Assembly (NCBI GenBank): GCA_008632985.1
Contig: QPGO01000125.1
Location: 186,001 to 246,442, forward strand
Length of the DNA stretch: 60,442 nucleotides
Source: Psammoneis japonica
Lineage: Eukaryota
Reading direction: 5' to 3'
Shown: positions 47,901 to 60,442 of the stretch, one piece after another
How the letters are laid out: the number at the start of each line of letters is the position of its first letter
How positions within the stretch are numbered: the first letter of the stretch is position 1
Notes under the pieces: generated by a model
Database searches by the model: none
Told to the model about the DNA's origin: nothing
Seen by the model: the letters and a program-made list of their open reading frames with translations, nothing else
Program-made: the position numbers and the translations under genes

Positions 47901-50900
47901 TTCTCTGTCAAAGCTGGCAATCTTGAGGCTGATCCTGTCATCAGAAACCAAACAGAAAGTGCCTTCTTCCAAGTCACTTTGCTGCATCTTCATCACAACA
48001 ATGAAGAACAGGGAGCTGAGAAGCATTCTTGGCAAAGTGGAGTTGTGGGTGAGATGCAGATTCTGGCTTGCCCAGGTTTCATCCAGATCCTCAAGTGCCA
48101 CGCTGTGCTTTTTGCAGCAACTTCTCCACTTCCATGATCATGAAAGCAATGTTCCATGCAAAGGTCATGGCCTTTGAAAGCGGCGGGGTTGATGATTTGA
48201 AAAACAGCAGCCACCCATGTTGTGCTTGATGTGACTCAAGCGCATGGTCAAAATGGACTCAGCCAGATCACAGTTGCTTGTCTTGAAGCTTGTTGTTGGT
48301 GTTGTTGATGTTGATGATGAGAAGGTCAAATTTCATCTGCTGCTGCTTGGCTGTGGCTTTCTGGAACAAATCTTTGAGCTTGCCTGGGTCTAAACTGGGC
48401 CTTGGCATGCAGGGCTTTCACCAGAGTTTCTTGGGGTTTCTTGGGGCAGCATGCACTTGCACTTTCCTGCCATTGACAACTGCTTCCATTGTCATGGCCA
48501 ACTTGGCTGTCAGACAGGCTGGCTTCTTCAGACAAGGCAGCTCAGGAGCAGCATGCTGGAAGGCAGCAGGCTGGTGTTCTTTGACGAACTGCTGGTGTCA
48601 AAGGATTGCACACCAAATGAAGTTGAGTCTTGGCCACTGGCAGACTTGTTGTCATTGTCCAACATGCGTGGTTTGTCAGGTGGGGCGAGTTGCCAGAATT
48701 GCAAAAATGCTTTGTTGCTCCTGAAGAAGCAAGTGCCATTGCATTTCTGCTGCAGAGGTGGCTGGAGCATGATGCTTGGGCTCCCAACCTGTGACGACTC
48801 TTGGCTGAGAGCAAACTGTTGGCCAAGCATGGGGATGACATCACTGGCAGTGCAGCCAGCAACAACAGACAGTGTTGACATGCTCTTGTTGTTGTCGCCA
48901 ATGTCTCATCACACCAATGATGAGATCATGAGAAAAAGTTGAGAAGACAGCTTCAACACAAAGAAAGTGGGAAACCACACATGCAAGTGTGGAGCATGCA
49001 CAAACTGTGCATGAGTTTGCACTGTGTTGACAGGGTCTGCCAGTTTCAGAGGTTGTCCTCACAATGTCTGTCCTCCAGGGAGTTGCTTTGGCAGGAGCCC
49101 TTTGATTCCCATTGTGAGTGATGGTCCCTGCCTGTGTGATGGTGTGCCACATTGTGCACGAGAAGAGCCAGGTGAATGTCATCACTGTGGTGGCAGAAAC
49201 TCTGCCAACTGCTGGAGGGCTCAGGGTGGCAAACAGACATTTTTGCCAACCGTTGCTGGTTGTCAACTTTCTGTTGTGAAAGAGAATTGCTTGGCTGACT
49301 CAAATCAGTGCAGTTTGAGCAGAGTGAGCAGCAACCTGCAAATTTTTGTGGGAAAGTTGCCAACAGCATCATGAGTTGGTTGTTGCTGGGACAACTCAAA
49401 CAGAAGCTCAACAAAGCTGTGGCTGGCTTGAACAACTCTGCTGTTGCAGCCAGAAATGAGGCTGGCAATGGTTTGGGAGAGGAAAAGCCCCCCTCCTGTT
49501 CCAAGCACGCTGTGCTTTGTGCCAATGACTGTTGAAAGATGAATGTGCCAAATCCATTTTTGGCAATTGCTTCTTGACAACAACATGGAACCCCGTGTGT
49601 TGCTCATGCAACATGGCTTTTGTGCTGCTGGAGCACGCCAGATGGGAAGGCAATGAGGTGACAGCTCAGTTCAGTCATTCAAAGATGGGCATGTTGGGAG
49701 AGCAAGCTGCCAGAAAACAGCACACACGTGCTGGCTCTTTAAATCCTGCAATTTGTCCTGTTCTTTTCACTGCCAATTTTTGTGGCACTTTTGTCCATGG
49801 ACAAAAGTCGGCCCCCTTGGGCAACAGTCAGTGTGACAGATTTCAAAGCTGCTCAAATGAGGGGCAAAGCAATGCAATGCAGAGAGGTCACCCAGCTCCT
49901 TGGAGTTGATCCAAAAAGGGTTGGTGTTTGCTCCATTTGGAAAGGTGCATCTGCACATTGCTGCAATGGGGGCACATGTCTGGTCACATGCTGGGTGTCT
50001 CCAAGGTCATGAAAAAAAGAGGAAAAAGAGAAGAAGAGGAGAGAATGCCACATGTTCAATTTGCACATGCAACGGCAAGATGTTTTGTGCTTCTCATGCT
50101 GCTGCAATGACACAGATGGAAACAACAGACCATCCATGATGTGGCAACAATTGATGATCAATTTTGTCACCACACCTTTTCCTTCCAAAAATGTTGATTT
50201 GTGACATCCACATTTTTTCTGTGACAAGTGTGTCAATGGCAAGAGAGGTGAGAAAACATCCAAAAATGGACAGAAGCTCCTTCTTGTGGCTGCGCTGCTG
50301 CTTGGACTCTAGATTTTCACAACTTGCACAGCAACAGCCTGTGTTTTCTGTTTGCTGCCAAACCTTTCCCACCAAAACTGTCCTGCTGACAAGCAGCATG
50401 CTGTGTTTCTGTCTGACAATGGCGCCAATGAAAAGAGAAGCAGCAGCTGACAAAACCCAAACAAGCAGGGCAAACGAAAGCCCTTTGTGTGGCTTTGCCA
50501 CAAGACTCAGGCTCTCAGCTCTCACAGCTTGCTGTGCACTTCAATTTGAGTCATTTGCACTTGACAGATTAAAGGTTGACTCTCAGGGATTAAGTGCCAG
50601 GTTCTGTTGTCACATTGTGCCTGTGAGTGGCAGCAGCAGCAAGGCTGCTTGGTGGCCCAGCAGCTGGCTCTGTGTGAAATGGCTGCAAAAGGAAAGGATC
50701 CACCTGCAACACAAGAGGCAAGTGATCAAGAGTGCATTTTGCTGTGGTTTGGTGTCAAAGGAAATGTGTTTGTTTGTGGCACTGTGCTGGCAAGACCAGC
50801 TGCAGGGTGCAGCTCTGTCAGTGACCAACCTGGTGGGAAGCTCTCCTCTCATGACATTGGCATTGGGTCAGATCATGCAGCTGCGCTGCTCTGCCAGCTC

Positions 50901-51772
50901 TGCATGAAAATGATTGCAAAAGGAAAGGAGCCACCTGCAGTGCAAGAGACAAGCAGCCAAGTTTCCTGTGGCAGGCCACTTCTTGAAGAAGAAGCGCTGC
51001 AGGCAGCAGCTGCACTCTAGACTGGCCAGCCACAAAAGATGAAAGGACCATGATGTTGCCTGCAAGACAAAAGGACCACATTGACTGCAACTGGCACCAA
51101 ACAACTGCAGGAAATTTTCTTTTCTTCTGAGGGAAAATCCAGGGGAGCAAGAGCAGCTCAGCATGACCCAAAACCCAGCTCTTGTGCTCACACATGATGT
51201 GCACATTGATTTCCCCCTCATTGGCTTGTTGAACAAAGGAAACAAAGTGGGTTTCCTTTTTTGTTTTGTTGCACAATGTGAGCCAGATTTGTCACACCAA
51301 CTTGAGCTTTTGTGGGCTTGCTTGGAAAAGAGAGCACACTTGAAGAAACCACAGAAGCACATCTTTTTGCCCTTGAGAAAGTTCCCCCCCCCCCCCCCCC
51401 CATGGCATCTGCCTCACTCATTGTTGAGCGCAGTGCACAAAGAATCAGCGTGTCTTGGCAGCCACAGGCTCTGGACAAATCAACAGCCAGATGAAAGGAT
51501 CATGATGGTTGCAACTGCGCACTGAATTGCCAATGAATTTTTCCTTGCCTTTCCTTGTCCAAGGAAGTTTGGGGCCAAACAAGCAATTCCCCATGATCAA
51601 AAACCCCAAATGATGCAGCGGCTGGCATGTTCACAGATGATTCCATCTGCGGCATTGCCATCAAATTTGCACGCTGGAAAAATGTGCAGATTTCTGCTTG
51701 TTGTCATCAAAATGGAGTTTGCATCATTGTCAAATTCTGCACAAACCCTGGTGCATTTCCTGTGCAGTTCAT

Positions 51773-51928
51773 GAAGAGCCACCTGTGCAGCTGGACCATT
51801 GCCCACTTCACGGTCGCCACACAAAATGCAAAAAACTGTTGCCAATGATGGAAGAGCCACCTGTGCAGCTGGGCCATTGCCCACTTCACAGCCGCCACAC
51901 AAAATGCAAAAAACTGTTGCCAATGATG
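51773..51928. repeat. 78-bp tandem repeat, 2 copies
   Basis: GAAGAGCCACCTGTGCAGCTG...GCCAATGATG at 51773 and 51851. Confidence 0.95.
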
Positions 51929-52199
51929 CCTGCATTGCCAAGGTCTGAGCTCCAGATTAGAAGCACCACAGCAGCTGACAAAGACTCTGCTGCCATCTGC
52001 CATGCTGTCCAGTTTGTGGCATGATGACAATCACAGGAGTCAACAGGTTGCATTGATGCATTGGCTGTGTCACTTGTTGATTGACCCCCCTGATGAAAAA
52101 TTGCAAAAGGAACTTTTTCCATGGTGTGCTGAGTGTTGTTGAGCATGCTTTCCAGAAAAATCATTTGATTGCAGCGAAGCATTCCATGCTCTGATGCAC

Positions 52200-55120
52200 A
52201 CTTTTGGCTCCATGTTCACCTGTTTTTGTGCTGGTTTGTGATGTGGTTTGTGCCAAGAGTGTGATGTTGAGCTTCATGTGCTTGCACTGCACTCCTTCTG
52301 ATCACACTTCCCCAAGCAATCTGCTTGTGTTGGTTGACTTGTGCCAGGCAGCTGGAACAAAAACACAAGACACACACACGCACACACAGCGACCACCATC
52401 AAGACACCTGCATGAACCATGTTGGGTCTTGAGGTCCTGGTGCTGTTGAGACTTTTTGGGAGACATTTCCCAAGCAGGCACATGTCAAGGCATGCATCAC
52501 CACTTGGAAAGCAGCTGTGTCTGCTGTCACAAAAGAAAATGTTGACTCGCTCCTCTTGAAGAAAGCCACTCAGAAGGCTTGCGACTGTGTGGCAAGTCTC
52601 GCTCCAAAAAATCAAAAAGAACTCACTGCCATTTCAGATTCAAGTCATCTTGTTGATTTGCTTTTGACACTCTGTTGCCAACACAGGTGTGGGGAATGCT
52701 CAATCATGTCATCCTGGACCAGCACCTCAACAATGGTCTGATGGCACTGGACTTGCTGGGCTGTTGGTGAAATTTCAATGACAGCGCTGCTGCTGACTGT
52801 CCAGACTGTGAGTGCTTTTGCCACGGCATCAATGGAGCTGTGCTTCTCCATCTGGGCACAAACACTCACAGCAGACAGCAGCAGCTTGGCAACTTGGGGC
52901 ACTTGCTCATGATGAAAGACCTTTTGGCTGTGTTGGCAAAATCTCTTTCATTTTCCAGCAACGCCAAGCACTTGCAAGCATTGGCACAACTTGGCAGAGT
53001 TTTGAGCTCAAACTTGAAAACTTGGAAAGGATTTCTGCTCATGACTGCAGCACTGGTGACTTGAGCAGCTTTGTGCCAGATTGGAAGCAGGTGCTGAGGA
53101 CAGAAATCATGCACTGACCATGCTCCAGAAACAGCACAAGTTCAAAGATGACCACAAACCCCCATTTGTTGATGCCCCCAACAGCTTCAAGGAGTTGAGT
53201 GGGGCCCCAATGTTGTGCAATGCAAGGCACCATTGGCCATCTGTGGGGCAAGAAGGCTCGCCCTCAACTGCAGCAAACATTGGAGGAGTGTTCCAACCAA
53301 TGGACACTTCAGAGCAGCAGCCTTCCTGTTTGGCAAGGGGTGTTGCTCAAGGCAGCTCACTTGGCATGCCATGTGCACTTGCCCATGAATTGAGAGCTTG
53401 GTTTCCCAGCGCACTTGCCCCTTGATGCACAGATGGCTCATCTGCACACCAGCAGTGGAAAGACTCAACAGCCTTTGGGATTTTTCCTTGACACTTTGAG
53501 CCACGGGTCCCATGAGCATGATTGCTGCTCCACACCAATGACTCCAAAACACCCCCCTGCCACCATCGTCCCAGAGTGCAGCCTGGAAAATGACACCAAG
53601 AGCTGCTTTGGTGATCTTGGGTTGCCTTTCCTGTCACTTCACAGGCAGCCATTGTGATCTTGGAGGTTTCATTGGCAAGAACAAAATGTTTGAATGGCAG
53701 ACAGACAACAGATCTGATGTGCGGACCTCCTCTGTCATCAACAACAGTGTTGCCAAGAGTGCAGCTCATCACCCTCAGATTGCACATGCCAGTTTTCAAA
53801 AATCCCTGAGCCATCATGAAAGTGACAATGTGCTCAACGAGTTTCAAAGGACTGTTGTGGGCCATTTGCCAATGAAGTCAAAGGGGCAGCCAAGAATCAA
53901 TTCCTCCTGTTTCCTGTGCTGCTTGTTGTTTGCAAGACCCCAGCTGATGATGACCCAAGAACAGCCTTGTCAGCCCTCCCAATCAAATTTGCAGGACTGT
54001 CTGTCTCACATTCAATGAAGTCTGCAGCACACAACTGCGGGGCAAGCACTCTCACATGACCCCACATGATTGACTCAATCCATGGCTGTCCCACACCCAG
54101 CACCCTGGCGATCCAGCACAAGGACATGCATGGTTCATGAAGCAAGGTGTGAAACAGCCAAGAGGAAAGTGCAAGTGCACGAGGAAGCACTTGGATTGAT
54201 CTTCTGCACTCTGCTCAATGAAAGGGCCTGAGCTCTTTAGAGCACGGCACCAAAGATGGTGCTTGGTTGTCAGCACATCCTTCTGCACCTGGCGGCACCA
54301 TCACTGAGCTCTCTTTTGCCAAAAGTTTCAGGGGGGCTGTTTGTGCACACCATGGCCAAGATCCTCCCAGCCTGCCCCAGTGTTCGATGGTTTTGAGTGC
54401 AAATTCTCCATCCAACATGCCCTTCAATGCAAGAGGGGTGGACTTGTCATCTCTGGACAAAACGAGAGAGCCATGAGGAGGTCATCAGTGCGACCTGTTG
54501 GCCAAGACAGCCAAACAGCCTTCTTGCTCAGCTTGCAATGAGCCCATCATCAGCCTTGGTTGCACCTCACAAAGCCCAAATGCCACAATCCAACAACTCA
54601 TCAGGTGCAACAGCAAATGCAATCAAATCAAAAGATGGTGATTGTGGAGATGTTCCAGTCCGTGGCTGGCAAGAAAGATCAGAGGCTGACGACGATGCTT
54701 CATTTTTGATGTTGGAGTTTCTGACACAGATGCCAAGAAGTCATGCCTGTCCAAATCACCAGAAAATGGTCCCAGTGGCTCATGAAAAAGAGAAAAAATG
54801 CAGGTGTCTCAAGCCCTGCCTTGCCAGCATCATCGTTTCACACTTTTCACGACATCTTTTGCGGGGGGGCTGGTCTCTTGGCAAAGAAGCCAAAGCAACC
54901 CTGCAAATGGCAACAGCAGCACAGTTCATGGACAACAAGTGACAAAAGCCACACTCTGAAGCACACAGCTTTGTCAATGCAAGAATGAGCACAATGATTG
55001 AGAGGGCATCTCACCACTGCCTGCGTGGTGGCTGGAGAACCCCACATCAGCCACCCCCAGCTGGTGCCAGATGTTCCCAGTTGGAAGATGGTGCTGCTGG
55101 TCTTTCCCCATGCAAGCTCC
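52200..55120 (+). mobile_element. Degenerate CRE-like non-LTR retrotransposon (RT + CCHC finger + restriction-like endonuclease); 5' limit approximate
   Basis: Ordered fragments: RPFG.VG, EAGAE..NHA, FVDAPNSFKEL..MLCNARHHWP, GVAQGSSLGM, LGGFIG, HPQIAHASFQKSL, KFSIQHALQCKRGGLV, GDVPVRGW, HEKEKKCRCLKPC, LGKEA, RASHHCLRG. Confidence 0.8.
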
Positions 55121-55391
55121 AAGTCAAGCCAAGCTGGTCATTTGTGTGCAATGAGACTCCACACGAACACCGCACGCCCCGAAGCTCTTCACAAGGATTC
55201 TGCAAGACTGTCAAAGCACAAAGCAAGAGAGTGGGTGCAGCGCCAGAATCCATTCAAGTGCGCTCGTCGCGGATGCCAACTCATTGCGCGCAAATGACCA
55301 CAGGGAAACGTTTTGAAAAAATTGATGACCACACTTGAATGACCACCGAAGGCAAAAAGAAAAAATCAGCACGACGTTGTACTGCATCACC

Positions 55392-56830
55392 ATGGAGCGA
55401 CGTCGAAGGCATGGCGTTCCTGTAGCGACGGTTTCGAGCGATCAAGACGTCATATCCACTTTGCAAAGTTCTCATTATCTGCAACCGCAACAGCCTCGCA
55501 AAGGTGCTAGGCCATGTTCGAGCAGGAAGAACAACAGGGGTCGTTTCGAGATCTCTTTATTGTTGATCGTTATTTCCATCCTCGGGATGCTGAAGCAACG
55601 AACACGAACAACGTTTGAATTGTTGGACCCATTGTGCACATGGCGAGTACACAGGCGGGTACTTGCCATGCGAGGGGAGGAGTGCGACGACGTCATCGCT
55701 TTGCCTCATGAGTTGACAGCGGACGACTTGATGGGCGACATTAACAATGATCATTTCGAGCAGCCAGCAGCCATTTCCAACACTCGCGATACTGAAGGTG
55801 GCTGCATCCCAATGCATCCATGGCAAACTACCCAATTCCCATCATGCAACATGCTTCATGAAATAATGTCATCACCCAATGAACTACGACGCATAAACAA
55901 AGGCTCGCAAAGTATTGTGTTTGAAGCGCCACCATCTGGAAAACAGGGACTGATCCTTGAAACTCAGAAATATAGCAAGAGCAAATTCAACTCCGATGGT
56001 TTTAAGCAACGTCGGTACGATGCAATAATACAGGAACGTCTCTCGGCGTCACCATATGTTACGCCCATGTACGGATTCTGCGCCATGAGCGTTTTGGCCC
56101 CATTGGCCCCGGCGGAACAACTTTGCAGAACTATATTGATTCTGTTCGCGGCGGCGGTCAGGAGGCCTCCTCCTTAGACAAGCTCCGCATAGGTGTGCAA
56201 GTCGCCCAAGGGCTTGCGGCTTTGCACAGCATTGACCATGACGGCCGACCGAGCTTTGCCCACAATGACCTTGACGTCTCCCAACACGTTTACTTGAATG
56301 GTGTATTTCAGCTGAACGACTTTAATTTTGGTAGGATGTTGCTGCACAATCCGCAGGAGAATAATGCGACCACCTGCAAGGACTCGTCGAGAATGGGTGG
56401 GTGGAAATACAGGGCGCCAGAAGACCTGGCAGACATTTATGGATATCCTGGTGGAGGACCTTTTCTGATGGATAAGGCAGATGTATTTAGCATGGGAACT
56501 GAGTTTTACTCAATCATTACCAACTTATGGTTGTGGGAAAAAGACTCGAGACGAGAATCCGCCAAGCGCATCATTGCCGGTGAACGACCGCCACTCCCCG
56601 ACAGAGTTTTGCAAAGCACTGACGAGGCACTTGATGCTTTGATAAAAGCCATGAACATGTGTTGGAAGCAAGATCCGGAAGAAAGGGCAACTGCGCGTGA
56701 GGTGGCAAAATTTTTGATGGGAGAGTTGCACAGATTGAATAAGGGAAAAAGTGGTAAGAACAACGATGTGGTGACGGTGAAGTTGCCACCCTTGGTACAC
56801 GGACCGGATGATTTCAGTGATTGTATGTGA
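55392..56830 (+). CDS. Membrane-anchored protein-kinase-like protein (PKDCC-like); probable missing C at 56107-10
   Basis: TM helix, CIPMHPWQ..FPSCNMLHE, QERLSASPYVTPMYGFC, AHNDL, LNDFN, YRAPE, KADVFSMG, CWKQDPEER. Confidence 0.85.
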
Positions 56831-57084
56831 GTTTAGCTGCCTTGCACATTAGGGACTGTTGAACCCTTCACAAGAAGAAACACCAGATCTTTTGAGGGAT
56901 TCGCCGCGGGATGGCTCTCATAACAGCTACACTGTTTTAGCTACAATCGTAGATACAATTAAGCAGAGTACACGTGGAGATACTGTATTATCCCACTCAA
57001 ACGGAATATATCATTGAAGCAATTTCTCGCGATCGTCGGTACTAAAGTAGCTTGACAGTAGCAAACCTACCGTACAAGTATCGC

Positions 57085-57438
57085 TCAAAGCTTGGATCGA
57101 GGCAAGAACTGTGTTGTTGCAGTCAGAACTGCTGTCAACTTCATTGCCAAACCCATGTTTCCCTTGATTTTGAGCTTTCCCTTCATAAATGCTTGTTGCG
57201 GGCTCATTTTTTTCGACAGCAACTGCTGCATCACGTCCAGTGAAACATTGACTGTCAGATCGGCAATGTCGGATGCTCCCTTTGATAATTTTCCATTCTT
57301 TGCATCCAAACACCACGTTTCACCGTCTTCAATGTTAAAAACAACACAGGCCTTGAACTTTTGTTTCAGTTTGCTTCCGCTTTCTCCCTCCAATGCCTGC
57401 CCCATGGCCGCGTAGATTTCCTCCGCAGATGGCTGCAT
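57085..57438 (-). CDS. SCP2 sterol-carrier domain protein, peroxisomal (PTS1)
   Basis: ADLTV..PQQAFMKGKLKIKGNMGLAMKL; C-terminal SKL. Confidence 0.93.
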   Translation of the reverse strand: MQPSAEEIYAAMGQALEGESGSKLKQKFKACVVFNIEDGETWCLDAKNGKLSKGASDIADLTVNVSLDVMQQLLSKKMSPQQAFMKGKLKIKGNMGLAMKLTAVLTATTQFLPRSKL

Positions 57439-57629
57439 TTTGAACACAGGAATGTTTCCGATTCTGTTCTCTATTCGTCACTACCCAACGATGTCGTTAA
57501 GAGAGGCTCACAGGCTAAAATGCAAGTAGCACCACACTTACTGGTAGAAACAGGAACCGCTCATGCATGCTGCATACCGGTACCGATACTGTACCGTCGT
57601 CGCAGTCGTCAGTGGCGGAGAAAACGACA

Positions 57630-58055
57630 AAGTCGAATACAAAACTTTTTTAAATTTTGTCCCTGGTACAAACATGACGGGAGCTCTACATACGTGTCCC
57701 TGTACAAAAATGTACGGGGACGGCGGGACAGCCGTTTTTGTCAAAAAAAATTGTAAAAAACCTTTTGAATTTTGTCCCCGGTACAAACACCACGGGAGTT
57801 CTACATACTTGTCCCCGTACCAAAATTTGTGTGGAAATCTCGGGACAAAAAACGTACCCTTTAAGTTACAAAAAGGCCAAAAATCTTGTCCCCGTTCAAT
57901 CTCATACAAATTCTACGTATTTTGCCTGAAACGGATCTTTGTCCCCGTTCAATCTCGTACGAATTCTACGTCTTCTTTAAAATGACTGTTTTTTCTCCGG
58001 TACAACCAGTAGAAATGTACGTATCATCAAAATGACTTTTCTTGTCCCCGAGTCA
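57630..58055. repeat. TGTCCCC-motif repeat with internal direct duplications
   Basis: TTTTGTCCCnGGTACAAACAnnACGGGAG twice (~57655, ~57770); TGTCCCCGTTCAATCTCnTACnAATTCTACGT twice (~57887, ~57940). Confidence 0.8.
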
Positions 58056-58178
58056 TTTCAGCAGAGGCTTATGTAGATATTCATTAGTCAACTACGACGT
58101 ACCTGGTATGACGTTTTTATCAGTTTATCGCCGGTTTCATTCGTGCGTGGACGATCCGCGTTAGCTTTGCAGCTCGCC

Positions 58179-60442
58179 ATGATGAGGTGTGAGGTGCTGT
58201 GGTGGCCGTTGTTGCTACTGATTGCACTTGAGTTTGTAAAGACTGCTTGTGGGTTTGGAACACCTGTTCGTCCTCATCGTGGCGCATCCATAATTTCTCT
58301 TTATGAAACAAGCGACAGCAATTTCGGCACTCCTTCCGACGACGCCAGGATGCGGAGAATGCTGTTGCCGGCAGCGACAACGACGTCGACAGCAAAAAAG
58401 AGGAACTGCTTTCGCTTTCGGAATTTTTAGAAATGGAAAATGTAGCTAAAAAAATCTCCATGGGAAGAAGAATCACCTGGCAATTGAGTGAAAGAGGAAG
58501 AATTGAATAGCCAGGAGCTGCCAGACGGCAGTTGAAAATGAGAATGTTGAGCCTGAGGGAGCATACGGAGTAGCAGCTACAAGTGAATTCACTCAATCCG
58601 AACAAGTCCCTGCAGCCTTTATACAATTTATCGGGGAAGGTAAGGATGAACTGATTGATGCTACAAAAGAAGCGGCTGCCCTGGAAGTTGTCGCAGACGC
58701 TATACTCCAATAATCAATGGCGAGAATAAAGATGATTCAACCGAAGTATCATTGGCTTCAAGTAAGATCTCGCAATCTGGGCTTATCCACAAAAAAGACA
58801 TTGCCTACTGCTCAAACTCCTTCTACATTGAGAACCGCACGCGAGCAATTGTGGCTGCAATTCCTCAGAGCCTGAGGATTCTCCCCATCATCTCATTTCT
58901 CTGGTAATAGTCCGCCACCTTTTGACCTATTTTTGGTCAATGAAGCAGTCGACAATTCCATAGAAAATGTTCAAAGGGACTTTTCGAAAGGCAAAAGCCG
59001 TTGCTGATCCTCCTCGGAATCTTGTGTAGCATTTCTGTGACTCATCATGGGTGGCTTTCTTCTCCTCCTTCTGTCTTGAAACCCTTTGGACCAACGAAGT
59101 TGATGGCATTCACTCAACCCGATGATATCTCTTCTCCTACTTCCCTGACACCGGAACCACATCTTGATCTTCTGGTTGACTCTGAAGCAGATTTTGTGCA
59201 GCACCCATGGCACGCCAAGCTCTTGTAGCCGGAAAATATCCCTCCCGTGCTCCAGGCGACTGCACAAACCAGTTTGCCGTCGGAATTTGAATCTCACCAA
59301 GCGGAATACATTCCGGAACGGTCCAGAAGACATTAAGTATTTCAACTATGACATTGGTCATGCGGGACGTTTTACCGCCTTTGGTACAACGGGTACCAGT
59401 GTCAACCCATCAACCAGAAGACGGAAATGGGTCGGAGGCCTTGTCACGAACTTTCCAGGATCTGTGCTACTCGGGTCGAGAAAACACAGGCATCGAAACG
59501 ATGGGCAGTAATGAGGAACCCGTTTCATTTTAGTCCGGGCTTGAACACTTTGTATCAACCTGCAAAAGATCCTGCTCAAAAAGAGCACCCATGCGCATTG
59601 CTAACTACGTTAATATCTTTCACCAACAAGACGAGCATCCAATTCACATGGGTCAATTTCATTTGGAGACGCTGTGCGATCAAGGACTACTTACCATTTA
59701 TCCGGTCGCGGAGAGTTGGCAGAATGGCCGGTTCGAAACGAATTGGTACCTGCGCCGATTACAGTCTCGTCAACGAGACGCCGTGCAGGCCGCCTTGTCC
59801 AGAAGGAATCTCATTGACACTCCAATCATGGCGTAAAGTAGAGCGATTTGCGAGTTGGTGGCGGCACCGCAACGATAGTATAAGAACGAAATACTATCCG
59901 CAAATCATGGAATTGATGGTATTCAAGATCATAGCAAGGTTTTACGAAGAGCGTTGACGGTTGCGACGACTGGTGCGGTAACCAATTGGTTTCCGGAGGG
60001 ACCAGCTAGACTACATTCATGTAGCTTATGGCAAGACGACCTTACACAGTAATATGGAGTCCATGCCAACGACACCCATTGAGGTGTTGGACCGGATGCC
60101 ATGTACCTGCACACTGATTTGATTTACAATGTAGACGCCAGCGATTGCCACAATGCCGGTGCCTAAGTCCTTCAGATTTTGACGTTGGTAATGAGATCGA
60201 ACGAGTGTTTGACCTTTCGAGAGTTATACAATCGTGGAGAATCATTGACAATCGCTTCCGGCCATGATTCGGGCCACCAAGGAACTTGAGCGGCTGTGGT
60301 TACCCAATGTGACGCTTATTAGTGTTACCTTGCCGACGACCGAGCTCGTCTAATTCTTGATGACGATTATGAAAGAGAAACGTATGATGCTATTGCAGCC
60401 CGCAATGCTGCTGGTATGAGCGGGATCATTGATGAGTTACTA
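58179..60442 (+). pseudogene. Disrupted or mis-assembled gene for a probably plastid-targeted protein
   Basis: MMRCEVLWWPLLLLIALEFVKTACG-F presequence, then coding-like fragments broken by several stops and frameshifts. Confidence 0.4.

Larger units (their letters stand above)
45130..55370. other. TpA- and CpG-depleted hypermutated block 3 (decayed transposon cluster)
   Basis: About 15 TA in ~10.2 kb by eye, about 13 of them YTAR; dense short six-frame ORFs almost devoid of Tyr. Confidence 0.92.

Noticed and set aside
51384..51401. C18 run / G-quadruplex
   Set aside because: Isolated homopolymer in decayed DNA with unreliable length
45130..55370. Alternative genetic code, or foreign/contaminant DNA, explaining the Tyr-free ORFs
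   Set aside because: Depletion is frame- and strand-independent, grades into a host gene, and affects a duplicate of a local host gene
9471..56110. Single-base frameshifts at 9471-73, 11672-74, ~20513, ~44490 and 56107-10 as programmed frameshifting or pseudogenisation
   Set aside because: All fall in short homopolymers of otherwise intact genes, including conserved PA2G4; long-read indel errors are the simplest explanation

Overview
Eukaryotic nuclear DNA that reads as a pennate diatom, judged from short GT-AG introns, bipartite plastid presequences, an LCIB/theta carbonic anhydrase and HA-domain proteins. About 20 genes are present: theta-CA, a NUDIX-like/COG0523 fusion, a thioredoxin-like selenoprotein, three SGNH-like paralogs, a VWA protein, RPS5, Ipi1/TEX10-like, AlaRS, PA2G4/EBP1, a kinase and SCP2, among others. 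They are interrupted by three blocks (~4150-8390, ~30470-33260, ~45130-55370) that have lost almost all TpA dinucleotides. Two findings stand out. (1) A context-specific A:T->G:C hypermutation (TAY->TGY, a 'reverse RIP' signature) of repeat and duplicate DNA. It is visible by aligning a decayed duplicate with its intact parent inside this window, it spares YTAR, and it extends into a neighbouring gene and beyond the CpG-depleted zone. (2) A selenoprotein missed by the ORF track, resembling the bacterial VPGUxxT family, with two in-frame UGA codons and a SECIS with an unusually long helix II. Several single-base frameshifts at short homopolymers look like assembly errors. All counts and alignments were made by eye.
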